A stretch of DNA of 38,227 nt from Alphaproteobacteria bacterium CG_4_10_14_0_8_um_filter_53_9 (GCA_002791805.1 PFND01000009.1:1-38227), one strand, 5' to 3'; counted from the first letter of the stretch, positions 1-9,624 are shown. Notes: a model not told the origin generated them from the sequence alone. Program-made: numbers and translations.

Positions 1-65
1 ACCTCAACAAGCTCCATGAGCAATGGCATCACAAGATAAATAAAGTAAAATCAATAACTTAAAAA

Positions 66-150
66 TGGTGCCCAGGAGAGGACTCGAACCTCCACGATGT
101 TACTCACTAGAACCTGAATCTAGCGCGTCTACCAGTTCCGCCACCTGGGC
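66..150 (-). tRNA. tRNA-Leu(CAG)
   Basis: Reverse complement GCCCAGGTGGCGGAACTGGTAGACGCG-CTAGA-TTCAGGT-TCTAG...GGAGGTTCGAGTCCTCTCCTGGGCACCA; long variable arm, encoded CCA, 85 nt. Confidence 0.97.
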
Positions 151-233
151 ACAGATGGTCTTAAAGCGTTGGTTTTTAGCCAACAAAAGTCTCCTAAGGC
201 AAAACGGCAAAGCCGTCAATAACAAAGAAAACA

Positions 234-309
234 TGGTGCCGACGATCTGAATCGAACAGACGACCTACGCATTACGAATGCGCCGCTCTACCAGCTGAGC
301 TACGTCGGC
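234..309 (-). tRNA. tRNA-Thr(CGT)
   Basis: Reverse complement GCCGACGTAGCTCAGCTGGTAGAGCG-GCGCA-TTCGTAA-TGCGT...GTTCGATT...CGTCGGCACCA, 76 nt. Confidence 0.97.
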
Positions 310-433
310 ACGCGAGAGGGGTTATACGCAATCCCCACAAATCCCGCAAGCGCAAAAACCAACAAAAAAAGCCCACTCTCGCAGCAGGCTTCTTAAGTTA
401 TCAGAACAAAAGACTTTCTAAAAAGGTCGGAGG

Positions 434-1531
434 CTAAGCAGCCTCGCGCGCACGGACCATACCAGAAAGAAAATGTTCGATCACGTTTTGCAATTCAATA
501 ATCTGGCTAGAAATATCGGTTGTCGCCAAAGTCTGTTCTTGCATCATGGCGTTAATACCGCCCGTTGTTTCCTGAACCGACAATACGGAAGTATTAAGCA
601 TCGTAATCGCAACCTGAACTTCTCCCGCCACACTACTAATCTGAGAAACCTGCGTACGAATATCTTCTGTGGCTTTATTCGTACTACGGGCAAGCTTTTT
701 AACTTCTTCTGCCACAACACTAAACCCTCTGCCTGCCTCACCCGCACGCGCAGCCTCAATACTCGCATTTAAGGCAAGCAGATTTGTCTGATCAGATAGG
801 TCATTAATAAATGCCACAATAGAGTTAATTTTATCAGCAAGCTCAGAAAGATAGTGGGAAGAATTTAAGGCTACAGAAACTTGGTCAGCCGCGCTATCTA
901 CCTGCGTTTTATTATTTTGTATTTGTTGGACAATAGAGGAAGAGGTGCTCGAAAGCTCTTCCGTCGCCGTCGCAATGGTACCAACAGAGTTACCAACTTG
1001 CCCTTGAAGTTCAGCCACCATCTGATCTAACTGAGCATCCGAAGCCCCTTTCACTGCGGCAAAATAGGCTTTGGCAATATTATTTAAGTCATTAAGCACA
1101 AGCTCTTCAAAAGACATCACAACATCACGCTGATAAGCGGAAGATTTGTCAGACATCGCATCCACAAGAGCCTGAGTCCCTTCTCTCAAAACGACAGTAT
1201 AGCCCTGAATAAAAGATTCAAGACCCAATCCTATTCTGCGGTGAGTATCACCAATAATTTCAATACGCTTAAAATACGCGTCATTTTCGCCCTCACGCAA
1301 CCGTCCAACCCAGTGGACACGCTGCTTGTCTTTCAAATGGGCCACCATTTCAGAAATGGAACGTTTACCAGAAACAGACTCAACAATAGCTTTCAAATGA
1401 TTTTGATTAACGAGCCAGCTATAAAAAATATCTAAAACCCCAGTCAGCACGGGTTCCAACTCTTCAAGCAAAAGTTGGTCTCCACGTTCCCATCGGGGCT
1501 GCCCGGCAAATCTTTTCTTCAAATTAAACAT
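434..1531 (-). CDS. Globin-coupled sensor / HemAT-like soluble methyl-accepting chemotaxis protein
   Basis: N-terminal sensor globin ([22 protein letters not shown] with proximal His); C-terminal MCP hairpin tip [34 protein letters not shown]; no TM segment. Confidence 0.9.
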   Translation of the reverse strand: MFNLKKRFAGQPRWERGDQLLLEELEPVLTGVLDIFYSWLVNQNHLKAIVESVSGKRSISEMVAHLKDKQRVHWVGRLREGENDAYFKRIEIIGDTHRRIGLGLESFIQGYTVVLREGTQALVDAMSDKSSAYQRDVVMSFEELVLNDLNNIAKAYFAAVKGASDAQLDQMVAELQGQVGNSVGTIATATEELSSTSSSIVQQIQNNKTQVDSAADQVSVALNSSHYLSELADKINSIVAFINDLSDQTNLLALNASIEAARAGEAGRGFSVVAEEVKKLARSTNKATEDIRTQVSQISSVAGEVQVAITMLNTSVLSVQETTGGINAMMQEQTLATTDISSQIIELQNVIEHFLSGMVRAREAA

Positions 1532-1720
1532 TTATGTACAGTCCCTTCTTCTTTTTTTTATCAGCTATACGTTTTTTAGGGGTATGCATGCATATCAGTT
1601 CATGCTCTTAAAAAATCGTATTCTCAAGATAAAAAATTCAAAAATCATGATTAATTTTTAGCCTTGATATCATCATACAATTCAACACTATCTCAGCCCA
1701 TTCCACGCAAACCCGACAAC

Positions 1721-1746
1721 AAAAAACCCCGCAATCAAGCGGGGTT
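1721..1746 (-). terminator. Rho-independent terminator, probably the original ssrA terminator displaced by the island
   Basis: Minus strand AACCCCGC-TTGATT-GCGGGGTT-TTTT, about 35 nt beyond the duplicated tmRNA 3' end at 1781. Confidence 0.75.
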
Positions 1747-1780
1747 AAGAGACTTTGCAAGAGGCTCTAAGAAGTTAATC

Positions 1781-1797
1781 TGGTGGAGGCGGCGGGA
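1781..1797 (-). repeat. att site: duplicated tmRNA 3' end
   Basis: TGGTGGAGGCGGCGGGA, identical to 11042-11058 (17-bp direct repeat). Confidence 0.93.
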
Positions 1798-1954
1798 GCC
1801 GTAGACACCCGCCACAATACCCCTACCCACCGAAGGTGGTAAAATTGGTGGGGCGGCGTCACTCAAACTAACACCCTAAACACTTAATCTATAAAAGCTA
1901 ACTAGAGTTCGATTTTTGCATATATCCCCATTTACTTCCCAAATATCGATAAAC

Positions 1955-2683
1955 TTATTTCTCAAGAATAGGCTCAGCCCAGCAACGACAATTAAAATCA
2001 GCACCAGGGTTTCCACCCTCTGGCGGCCGCGCAATATCAAAAGTTGTCCCTTCCCGCATAGCATGTGCTAAACGAACCTCTTTATCTCCTTTTGTGCGCC
2101 AAATATATTGGCCATTTTTTATTTTAGCTTGGGCGTGACAATCCGTAGGCATTCGCACATCATCAAAAGTATTGATAGTTTTGCCTTGGCGCACAGCATC
2201 TGCAACCAGTCGCGCCATATAAAGATGGGGGTTCTGAGCCTGCTCAATCAGTTCACGCATTTTAGTCGCGCTTAGCACTAAGTCCCGCCCTATGCCATTA
2301 TTATGTATATCCATATAGCGTGCACAGGGCGCGGCACTACTACCACCTAAAAGATTTGTCTCAATAGCCAACCCAGCTACATGCACCAAAAGCTTGTTTA
2401 TTTTAGGATAAATATGACGACGGCTAAAATATTGTGGTGTCAGAGAAGTGGCAAAATCAGCCCAACTCAAAACGACACAGCTACTAAAGGCATGGCGAAA
2501 AGAATCCAAGTCATCATCAACGCCTGCTCGGCGCATACGCCCGCCGAGGTCTTGGACAGAAATGCCATTAATGCCCTGCCGTCTTCCATGCTCCATAGCC
2601 CATAAAGACATAGCTTTTTTAGCGGCAATCAATTCCTTCTTAATATCTTCAATGACGTCATCCATGCGGTCTGTCAAAGTCAT
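1955..2683 (-). CDS. Fusion of a toxin-like domain (DxFRH...E...MDxxNNxxG, DUF6973-like) and a C-terminal phage MuF/head-morphogenesis-like domain
   Basis: Start moved to ATG 2683 (AGGAG 8 nt upstream, avoids overlap with 2742-3359). Motifs DSFRHAFSS and MDIHNNGIGR; C-terminus YIWRTKGDKEVRLAHAMREG...GNPGADFNCRCWAEP. Confidence 0.75.
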   Translation of the reverse strand: MTLTDRMDDVIEDIKKELIAAKKAMSLWAMEHGRRQGINGISVQDLGGRMRRAGVDDDLDSFRHAFSSCVVLSWADFATSLTPQYFSRRHIYPKINKLLVHVAGLAIETNLLGGSSAAPCARYMDIHNNGIGRDLVLSATKMRELIEQAQNPHLYMARLVADAVRQGKTINTFDDVRMPTDCHAQAKIKNGQYIWRTKGDKEVRLAHAMREGTTFDIARPPEGGNPGADFNCRCWAEPILEK

Positions 2684-2702
2684 CTGTATGTCTCCTATTA
2701 TG

Positions 2703-2723
2703 AAAAAAGCTCCCTGTGGGAGC
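2703..2723 (-). terminator. Rho-independent terminator between the membrane gene and the toxin-MuF gene
   Basis: Minus strand GCTCCC-ACA-GGGAGC-TTTTTT. Confidence 0.7.
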
Positions 2724-2741
2724 ATATTGATGTGGGGTATC

Positions 2742-3359
2742 CTAGAGTGATTTGAAAGAGAGCCACACTTCATGCGGTGCAAAACACAAGCCCTGCCATG
2801 CATGGTCCTTTGATGGATGAGAGACAAGCGACACTCGATATCCTTGTCCACCAAGCCGTCTCAAGTAAACAGAACCACGCATGTTCGTTTGAAATGCAGC
2901 TCCAAAGCGCTCCCATCGAACGGGGAGGCTAACCACACCTCCATCCGTAGCAAAGAGGAGCATCTCATCTTCGCCAAAGGGCAAAAAGCTCAAATCATCT
3001 GTCCCAAAAACATCATGATAAATAGCCCTAGATTCAAGCGCATCAAAATCATGAGCATACCCTCCCACGGGGCAAACAGCCCGCCAAGCAAAAGGAAGGG
3101 TTTGGACCAGTGGAACGTGCTTATGTCCCACCTCAATCGCACGTAAAAGAGCTTCTTGATGATACGCCATCACCGCATCATCCACCCAACGCACATTTAT
3201 CATGGCAGCACCCCACCAAACAAAAGAGCCTGCCCAAACAAAAGTGAGTATGCCTAAAGCGAGATAAGCCCAAAAGCGCTGCACCCCTTGCCAGCAAATC
3301 CACAAAGCAATACCAGCAAGGGCAAAAACACTACAAATCAAAATAATAATTATCTCCAC
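2742..3359 (-). CDS. Hypothetical membrane protein with two N-terminal TM helices
   Basis: 205-aa ORF with GTG start; two hydrophobic segments in the first ~55 aa, then a soluble domain. Confidence 0.65.
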   Translation of the reverse strand: MEIIIILICSVFALAGIALWICWQGVQRFWAYLALGILTFVWAGSFVWWGAAMINVRWVDDAVMAYHQEALLRAIEVGHKHVPLVQTLPFAWRAVCPVGGYAHDFDALESRAIYHDVFGTDDLSFLPFGEDEMLLFATDGGVVSLPVRWERFGAAFQTNMRGSVYLRRLGGQGYRVSLVSHPSKDHAWQGLCFAPHEVWLSFKSL

Positions 3360-3485
3360 CTTCTCAAACTAACAAAAAAAGCCGCACAAGGCGACGATAT
3401 ATTTTTTTAGCACCAAACTGCGGAAATGTCAAGAAAAATAAAGCCAATCCTTCCCACAAAGCCTCAAATCATCTAAAGTCATCCC

Positions 3486-6338
3486 ATGAGCCTCACCCCC
3501 GCCCAATTTATAGAAAACTGGAAAAACTCCAAGCTCGGAGAAAACCGCAACGGCAACGCAGCCCCCCAGCATTTCATCCAGCTCTGCCAGCTTTTGGGGG
3601 AGCCAACACCCCAAGAAGCCGACCCCAAGGGAGAATGGTATTGTTTTGAAAAAGGCGCAGCCCGCACCACAGGCACACGGGGCTGGGCCGATGTCTGGAA
3701 ACGCGGGCATTTCGGGTGGGAATATAAAGGCCCAGAGGGAGATCTCACCAAAGCGTATGATCAGCTTAAAAGCTACGCAGGGGCATTAGAGAACCCTCCC
3801 CTGCTCGTGGTGAGCGATACAAAACGCATCATCATCCACACCAACTGGACAAATGCGGTGACAGAAACGCATGAGATAGAGCTGGAAGATCTCACCAATC
3901 CCCACAATCTTCAAATTCTCAAATGGCTGTTTACAGATCCCGAGCGCCTGCGCCCCAGCAAAACCATCCAAGCCCTCACAGACGAAGCGGCGAAGAAATT
4001 CGCCAAACTTGCCCTTCAACTAAGGGAGCGCGGCCACAAACCAGAAGAAGTCGCTCACTTTATCAACCGCCTTGCCTTTTGCATGTTTGCAGAAGATGTG
4101 AACCTTCTGCCCAAAAACTTCTTCACCTCCCGTCTATATACCCTCGTCACCCACCCAGAAAGGGTGGAGCAAGCCCTCAAATCTCTCTTTAAGGCCATGA
4201 GCCAGAAAGACGGCATGTACGGAGACGAACCCATCGCCTGGTTTAACGGCGGGCTGTTTGAGGATGACAAGGTGCTCCCCCTCACGCGGGAAGATTTGGC
4301 ACTCCTTCACGAAGCCGCAAAAATGGATTGGGAGGATATAGACCCCAGCATCTTCGGCACGCTGTTTGAACGAGGGCTAGATCCCGCCAAACGCAGCCAA
4401 CTTGGTGCTCATTATACAGATGCCGCCAAGATAGAAATGATTATAGATCCCGTGATTAGCCAGCCTCTCATGCGAGAGTGGGAGGATGTCAAAGCATCAA
4501 TAGAAGCTGAAATGGGCCGCAAAACAACCTCTAAAGCCGCCGCCGTCAAATCTGCTGCCAAGGCCAAAGCTATGCGGGATGCCTTTATTGCAAAACTGCG
4601 AGAATTTAAAGTGCTGGATCCCGCCTGCGGCAGCGGAAACTTTCTCTATCTTGCGCTTAAAAGCCTAAAGGATATCGAGCTGAAAGCGTATATAGATACG
4701 GAAGGCTACTTCCCTCGCCCTAACCTCATGGAAACAGGCCCACACAATATGCTGGGAATAGAGCTAAACAGCTACGCAGCAGAGCTTGCCCGTATGACTG
4801 TGTGGATAGGAGAAATCCAATGGTGCCTCAAACATGGATGGCAGATTAAACGAGACCCCATCCTCCAGTCCCTCAAAACCATCACCAACCATGATGCTTT
4901 GATAAACCCAGACGGCTCAGAATATAAATGGCCTAAAGCCAACGTTATCATCGGTAACCCGCCTTTTTTAGGCTCTAAAAAACAAAAAGAAGAGCTTTCG
5001 CCGAAATATATTGGCCAAGTTCGTAAAGTTTATTCAAGCATAGCTAAAGGCTCTAACTTCGTTTGTTACTGGTTTTTAAAATCTTATAATCAGTTAGAAT
5101 CGGGGAACACTCAGCTTGCGGGTTTAGTATCCACAACTGCGATTAAGCAGAAGTACAGCCAAAAAGTTATGGAAGAAATAACTACAAATTTAACGATTTA
5201 TAACGCCTACTCAGATGAAGAATGGGCAGTTGATGGTGCTGCCGTGCGTGTTTCTCTTATTTGTTTTGCAAAAAACGCTCCCACCAATCCATTTTTAGAT
5301 GGGCAGGCGGTTGGAGGGATAACCTCAAAACTTAAACCTCTCAAAAAATCTACTGCCAGTTATGTAAAACCTCAAACTCTTACTTCAAATAAGAAAGTTG
5401 CCTTTACTGGCACCCAAAAAACAGGGCCATTTGAGATATCTGGAAATTTAGCAAGGGTGTGGCTCCAAACACCCTCTAATCCAAACGGCAGAAAAAACAG
5501 CGATGTTCTGAAACATTGGAGCAATGGACAATCTTTGGTAAAAATAAGACCTACAGACACTTGGATAATTGATTTTGGGGCTAAGATGTCAGAAAAGGAT
5601 GCTGCTTTTTATGAAGCTCCTTTTGACTACGTGATGAAAAATATCAAACCCCTTAGGGATAAAAATAATGACAAAAACCGCCGCGAGAACTATTGGCTAC
5701 ATGCCCCAGCTGGTACAGAAATGCGAAAAGCACTAACCCAACTTTCGCGCTACATTATTACTCCGTTTACCTCCAAGCACCGCATTTATATATGGAAAGA
5801 CCTAAGTCTTCTACCTGATATATCTACCGTTGCTATTGCTCGTGAAGATGATGTAGCTTTTGGAATATTAAGCTCTCGCCATCACGATATTTGGGCATTG
5901 TACTGGAGCGGGCGTATGGGAAAAGGAAATGACCCCCGCTATACTGTTAGCACTACATTTGAAACCTTCCCCTTCCCCAAAGGGCTGGAACCCAACCGCA
6001 AACCCAGCGAGTATGATAACCCCCACGCACAGGCCATTGCCGATGCCGCCAAAACTCTGAACGAACTTCGGGAGCGCTGGCTGAACCCGCCTGAGCTTGT
6101 GGATATCTTGCCCGAAGTGGTGGAAGGCTACCCCGACCGCATCCTCCCAAAAAACGAGAAAGCCGCCGGTATCCTGAAAAACCGAACCCTCACCAAACTC
6201 TATAACGAAAACCCCGCATGGCTCCAAAACGCCCACGCAAACCTAAACATAGCCGTCTCCCAAGCCTACGGCTGGGAAAATGACATGAAAGATGATGAAA
6301 TCCTCGCAGAACTCTTAAAAAGAAATACGGAGCAATAA
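3486..6338 (+). CDS. MmeI/YeeA-like Type IIL (IIG) restriction-modification fusion enzyme
   Basis: N-terminal nuclease motif ADVWKRGHFGWEYK; FNGGLF; GAHYT; motif I VLDPACGSGNFL; motif IV GNPPF (amino-MTase); C-terminal TRD and FETFPFP. Confidence 0.93.
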   Translation: MSLTPAQFIENWKNSKLGENRNGNAAPQHFIQLCQLLGEPTPQEADPKGEWYCFEKGAARTTGTRGWADVWKRGHFGWEYKGPEGDLTKAYDQLKSYAGALENPPLLVVSDTKRIIIHTNWTNAVTETHEIELEDLTNPHNLQILKWLFTDPERLRPSKTIQALTDEAAKKFAKLALQLRERGHKPEEVAHFINRLAFCMFAEDVNLLPKNFFTSRLYTLVTHPERVEQALKSLFKAMSQKDGMYGDEPIAWFNGGLFEDDKVLPLTREDLALLHEAAKMDWEDIDPSIFGTLFERGLDPAKRSQLGAHYTDAAKIEMIIDPVISQPLMREWEDVKASIEAEMGRKTTSKAAAVKSAAKAKAMRDAFIAKLREFKVLDPACGSGNFLYLALKSLKDIELKAYIDTEGYFPRPNLMETGPHNMLGIELNSYAAELARMTVWIGEIQWCLKHGWQIKRDPILQSLKTITNHDALINPDGSEYKWPKANVIIGNPPFLGSKKQKEELSPKYIGQVRKVYSSIAKGSNFVCYWFLKSYNQLESGNTQLAGLVSTTAIKQKYSQKVMEEITTNLTIYNAYSDEEWAVDGAAVRVSLICFAKNAPTNPFLDGQAVGGITSKLKPLKKSTASYVKPQTLTSNKKVAFTGTQKTGPFEISGNLARVWLQTPSNPNGRKNSDVLKHWSNGQSLVKIRPTDTWIIDFGAKMSEKDAAFYEAPFDYVMKNIKPLRDKNNDKNRRENYWLHAPAGTEMRKALTQLSRYIITPFTSKHRIYIWKDLSLLPDISTVAIAREDDVAFGILSSRHHDIWALYWSGRMGKGNDPRYTVSTTFETFPFPKGLEPNRKPSEYDNPHAQAIADAAKTLNELRERWLNPPELVDILPEVVEGYPDRILPKNEKAAGILKNRTLTKLYNENPAWLQNAHANLNIAVSQAYGWENDMKDDEILAELLKRNTEQ

Positions 6339-7304
6339 ATGAGTAGTCAAATATCTTCACAAGTCATATTTCACTTTGATATTATTGAAGACCACGCTGT
6401 TTCTATTGATACTTATATCAAGTCTTTAGAAGAAATAAGCAATATTTCAAGCGCCCTGAATAATATATTATTTCAAGGAAAGCTTAATTGTACACTTGAG
6501 GTGCAAGCCCCAGAATCTGGCGGAGTAATCACTCCCATTAATTTTGCGGGTTTTTGCATAGCTGCTGCAGGCATTATGCAATTTATAGATTCCCCCACTC
6601 CGTCAAATCTAATCAAACGTCTCACAGGATACACTCCCGCAGAGTTTGTATTAAACTACGGCCGCGATATTTCAACTAGCGATCAAAGCGAAGTAATTAA
6701 TGCTCTTTCAGCGGAGTGTTCAAAAAGTTTTATATTTAAATCTACAAATGAGTTAATTTCTGGGGGTGTAGATTTTTCTTTATTCAGAGAAGCGTATGAG
6801 TCTAAAAACAGGCTCATACAAACAAACTTTCTTGATCCTAAAATCAAGGGGCTTGGTTTTAAAAGAGAAAACGATTTTATAATAAAAAAAGATAATTACT
6901 TTGATTTTATGGCTCCTTTGCCAGAGGAAGAAATCGAACGTATTTTTAAGACAAATTATAAAATTTCCATTGAGTCACCGAACTGGAGTAAGAACGATAC
7001 TAGACGGCCTTGGAAAGGTAAAAACTCAGATATGAAAGAACTCTATTTTCGTATAGATGACAACTTATTTTGGGAGTTCGTAGAATCTAATAAATTAGAA
7101 AATATAAGTACTCACGATCAAATGCTTGTTGAATTGATAAAAACAAAACAAGCTGGAACCCAGTCCACGAAAGTTATTAGAGTCTTATCATTTAATGGAC
7201 AGAAGGTATCAGAGCCTCTAACTGAAGAAGAAATCGAAGAACTGATGAAAAACTCGATCCTATTTAAAGAAGATGAGTCAAATCAACCTACTTTACCTTT
7301 CTAA
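6339..7304 (+). CDS. Hypothetical protein, AT-rich, directly abutting the R-M gene
   Basis: 321-aa ORF whose ATG immediately follows the R-M stop (TAA-ATG). Confidence 0.8.
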   Translation: MSSQISSQVIFHFDIIEDHAVSIDTYIKSLEEISNISSALNNILFQGKLNCTLEVQAPESGGVITPINFAGFCIAAAGIMQFIDSPTPSNLIKRLTGYTPAEFVLNYGRDISTSDQSEVINALSAECSKSFIFKSTNELISGGVDFSLFREAYESKNRLIQTNFLDPKIKGLGFKRENDFIIKKDNYFDFMAPLPEEEIERIFKTNYKISIESPNWSKNDTRRPWKGKNSDMKELYFRIDDNLFWEFVESNKLENISTHDQMLVELIKTKQAGTQSTKVIRVLSFNGQKVSEPLTEEEIEELMKNSILFKEDESNQPTLPF

Positions 7305-8426
7305 TCACCGCAAAAGCCCAAAACGCCGTTCAGCCTCGCTAAATTTAGCGTCCATCCGCGCCGCATCTTCGCGCTTAAGCGCCGCTAAATGCTCGCTAAT
7401 CTCGCTTAAGGTAAGTTCTGCCTCCTCCAAACGCCGCTGCTTTAACGCAGTAAGCGCCGTTACCATCCCGCTAATATGCGTTAAATACTCGTTCATCTTC
7501 GCTAAACGTAGCCCCTCTAAAAGCTTCTCCCGTTTAAGCGCCGCATGAGCGGGGCCAAAAGCGCCTGCCGTAGCACTGAGAGCCTCTTCCCAGAACACCT
7601 CCAACGGCCAGCGAGAGCGGTTAGCGTCGCTTATACGGCGTACATAGCGTATATTTTGCAGCGCATGAGCGAACATGGTTCCCGCTTTTTCCTTAAAATC
7701 AGCGGCGCTTCTCGCGTCCCATTTGTCTAACTCTTCTTTACCCAAGCGCACTTCAACGCGCCAAACTTGCCCCTTGGGCCGCTTATCCATCCCCCAAACA
7801 TCATTCCAATAGAGCTTTTTAGCCGCTAAAATCTCCAAACTTTTATTGTAAAGCGCCACCTGCCGCCCGGGCATAGATCCCACGCGTATGGATTCCACCA
7901 CCTCGCCCCGCGTCACAGAATTCATGCCCATCTCGCCCTTCTTCGTGCGCTGATGCGCCACAAACAGCTCCGCCCTAGGTAAAAAAGCCTCTTCGGTGAA
8001 GAAATCAAAGCAGTAGTCCGCCCGCGCAATCTTCGCCACAAGGCCCAAACGCTGGTCACTCACACCCCATGCGCCAAGCTTGCCCAAAGTGTCATAAAGC
8101 CGCTCCCAAACCTCATCAAACGTCCGCACCAAAAAGCTGGCACTTCGCACACTCACCCGAATACCCCACCCTTTGGCGTTGTCAGAGTGAGACACAAACC
8201 AAACTTCCCCATCCTCTCCCGTGCTAAAACGATACCGAAAACCTCCTACCCCGCCCATCTCCGCCACTTCAACCAAAAGCCCATGCGGCCCTAAGGAACA
8301 CATAACAGGCTTTTTAGCCTCTTGTGCCTGATCTCGTGCCTCAGCAAGCTGTGCCAAAATCTCTTTGGGTAAAATCCCTTGAAAAGTAACATCTAACCCA
8401 TCAAAACCTTGATAAATCAGTTTCAT
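7305..8426 (-). CDS. Rep_trans-superfamily replication initiator / relaxase
   Basis: Start MKLIYQGFDGL at 8426 with AGGAGA SD; motifs ARADYCFD, VALYNK (candidate catalytic Tyr) and VWRVEVR match the R-x-D-x-x-x-D / Y-x-K / W-R-x-E pattern. Confidence 0.75.
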   Translation of the reverse strand: MKLIYQGFDGLDVTFQGILPKEILAQLAEARDQAQEAKKPVMCSLGPHGLLVEVAEMGGVGGFRYRFSTGEDGEVWFVSHSDNAKGWGIRVSVRSASFLVRTFDEVWERLYDTLGKLGAWGVSDQRLGLVAKIARADYCFDFFTEEAFLPRAELFVAHQRTKKGEMGMNSVTRGEVVESIRVGSMPGRQVALYNKSLEILAAKKLYWNDVWGMDKRPKGQVWRVEVRLGKEELDKWDARSAADFKEKAGTMFAHALQNIRYVRRISDANRSRWPLEVFWEEALSATAGAFGPAHAALKREKLLEGLRLAKMNEYLTHISGMVTALTALKQRRLEEAELTLSEISEHLAALKREDAARMDAKFSEAERRFGLLR

Positions 8427-8448
8427 TTTATATCTCCTTGTATGTGTA

Positions 8449-8476
8449 GGGGGGCGTGTTACAAAACCCGCCCCCC
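8449..8476. other. Candidate rolling-circle nick-site/origin hairpin
   Basis: GGGGGGCG-TGTTACAAAACC-CGCCCCCC, perfect 8-bp GC stem about 22 nt upstream of the rep start; no U tract. Confidence 0.5.
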
Positions 8477-8646
8477 ATACGGTTGTTCGTTGAAAATCAG
8501 CGCGCTCCGCGCAGGGACGGCTTAAGGTTTTAGAAGCAGAATAAGAAAATCGGCAGGCTGCTGGCACAGGCGCTGTTCACTCTGCACCAGCAACCGTTTT
8601 GCTTCCAAAACCCCCTAAGACGCCGTCACCTCCTTAGGGGAAAAAC

Positions 8647-8859
8647 TTATGCGCTAGCCTTCTGTTCGTCATACTTAGCTAGCAAACTCCGAATATCTTC
8701 CACGCGCCAAGCCGTTGTGCGTGGCCCCAGCTTCACAGGCGCAGGAAACCGCCCTTGGCGAACACCAAGCCACCAAGTAGATCTCCCAATAGGGAATACT
8801 TTGAGAATTGCTGGCAAGCGTATGTATCCTGTAAGAGGTAAAGAAATTTGATCAGACAT
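8647..8859 (-). CDS. alpA: AlpA-family regulator / excisionase
   Basis: YIRLPAILKVFPIGRSTWWLGVRQGRFPAPVKLGPRTTAWRVEDI; GGAG SD. Confidence 0.92.
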   Translation of the reverse strand: MSDQISLPLTGYIRLPAILKVFPIGRSTWWLGVRQGRFPAPVKLGPRTTAWRVEDIRSLLAKYDEQKASA

Positions 8860-8949
8860 TTTTAAACTCCTGTTTGGTTAATAACAAAAGGATGTTGTCA
8901 AAGTATCTGATAAAAAATAAGGGTAATTATTACCCCACAAAATGGGGAG

Positions 8950-9624
8950 TCATTTTCCCCTATGTAAAGAGGGGAAAGCCTCCACACGACTTCCACGCTT
9001 AACTAACTTTACTATCGTTTTATGAAGGTCATCTGGTATAGGCGTATAGATAGTTTCATTTTGATAGGTAAATTTTATAAATGAGAGAAATAGCTCGCAG
9101 CATTTTTCAAAATTTCCATTACGCGTTGAGGTAGCGATGTACCCATGGATTGCAAGTAAATGAAGAAACTCTGATAAAATAGCTTCTCTATACTTTCCCA
9201 AATTCCAGCTATGCTCAGAAAATTTCTTTAGATAATCATCTAATTCTTTAATGTTTTTCCTAAACTTTTCTGCACTCTTAATAAGTTTTTTTAGCGAGTC
9301 TGATGCAGGTTTATCTCTTAATAATAAAGCAATATGAAAACTAAATTTTTTTGGCCAGTCTAACATTGTAACTTGATCCATAAGCTTTAATAAATCATCT
9401 ATTTCTTTTCTTGAGTCTGAAAGAGATGGGTTATTATGCTTGCCATATAAATAAGATCTGTAAAAAATTATAAGCCAAGAAATTTTTATCAAGGTTTCTT
9501 GAGAAAGTGATATCCGACTTAATGACTCAATTTTTTCTTTGAATAGAAAAAGTTCATTTTCTTTTGGTTGAAATTCACTAATGCTAGGAGGCCTATAACC
9601 CCAATGAGCTTTTGGTCTAACCAT
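8950..9624 (-). CDS. Hypothetical protein, AT-rich
   Basis: 224-aa ORF starting 6 nt after the integrase stop. Confidence 0.7.
   Translation of the reverse strand: MVRPKAHWGYRPPSISEFQPKENELFLFKEKIESLSRISLSQETLIKISWLIIFYRSYLYGKHNNPSLSDSRKEIDDLLKLMDQVTMLDWPKKFSFHIALLLRDKPASDSLKKLIKSAEKFRKNIKELDDYLKKFSEHSWNLGKYREAILSEFLHLLAIHGYIATSTRNGNFEKCCELFLSFIKFTYQNETIYTPIPDDLHKTIVKLVKRGSRVEAFPSLHRGK

Noticed and set aside
65-250. 61-aa ORF, and likewise 11041-11274 and 37699-38022
   Set aside because: Translations of the reverse strand of tRNA or tmRNA genes
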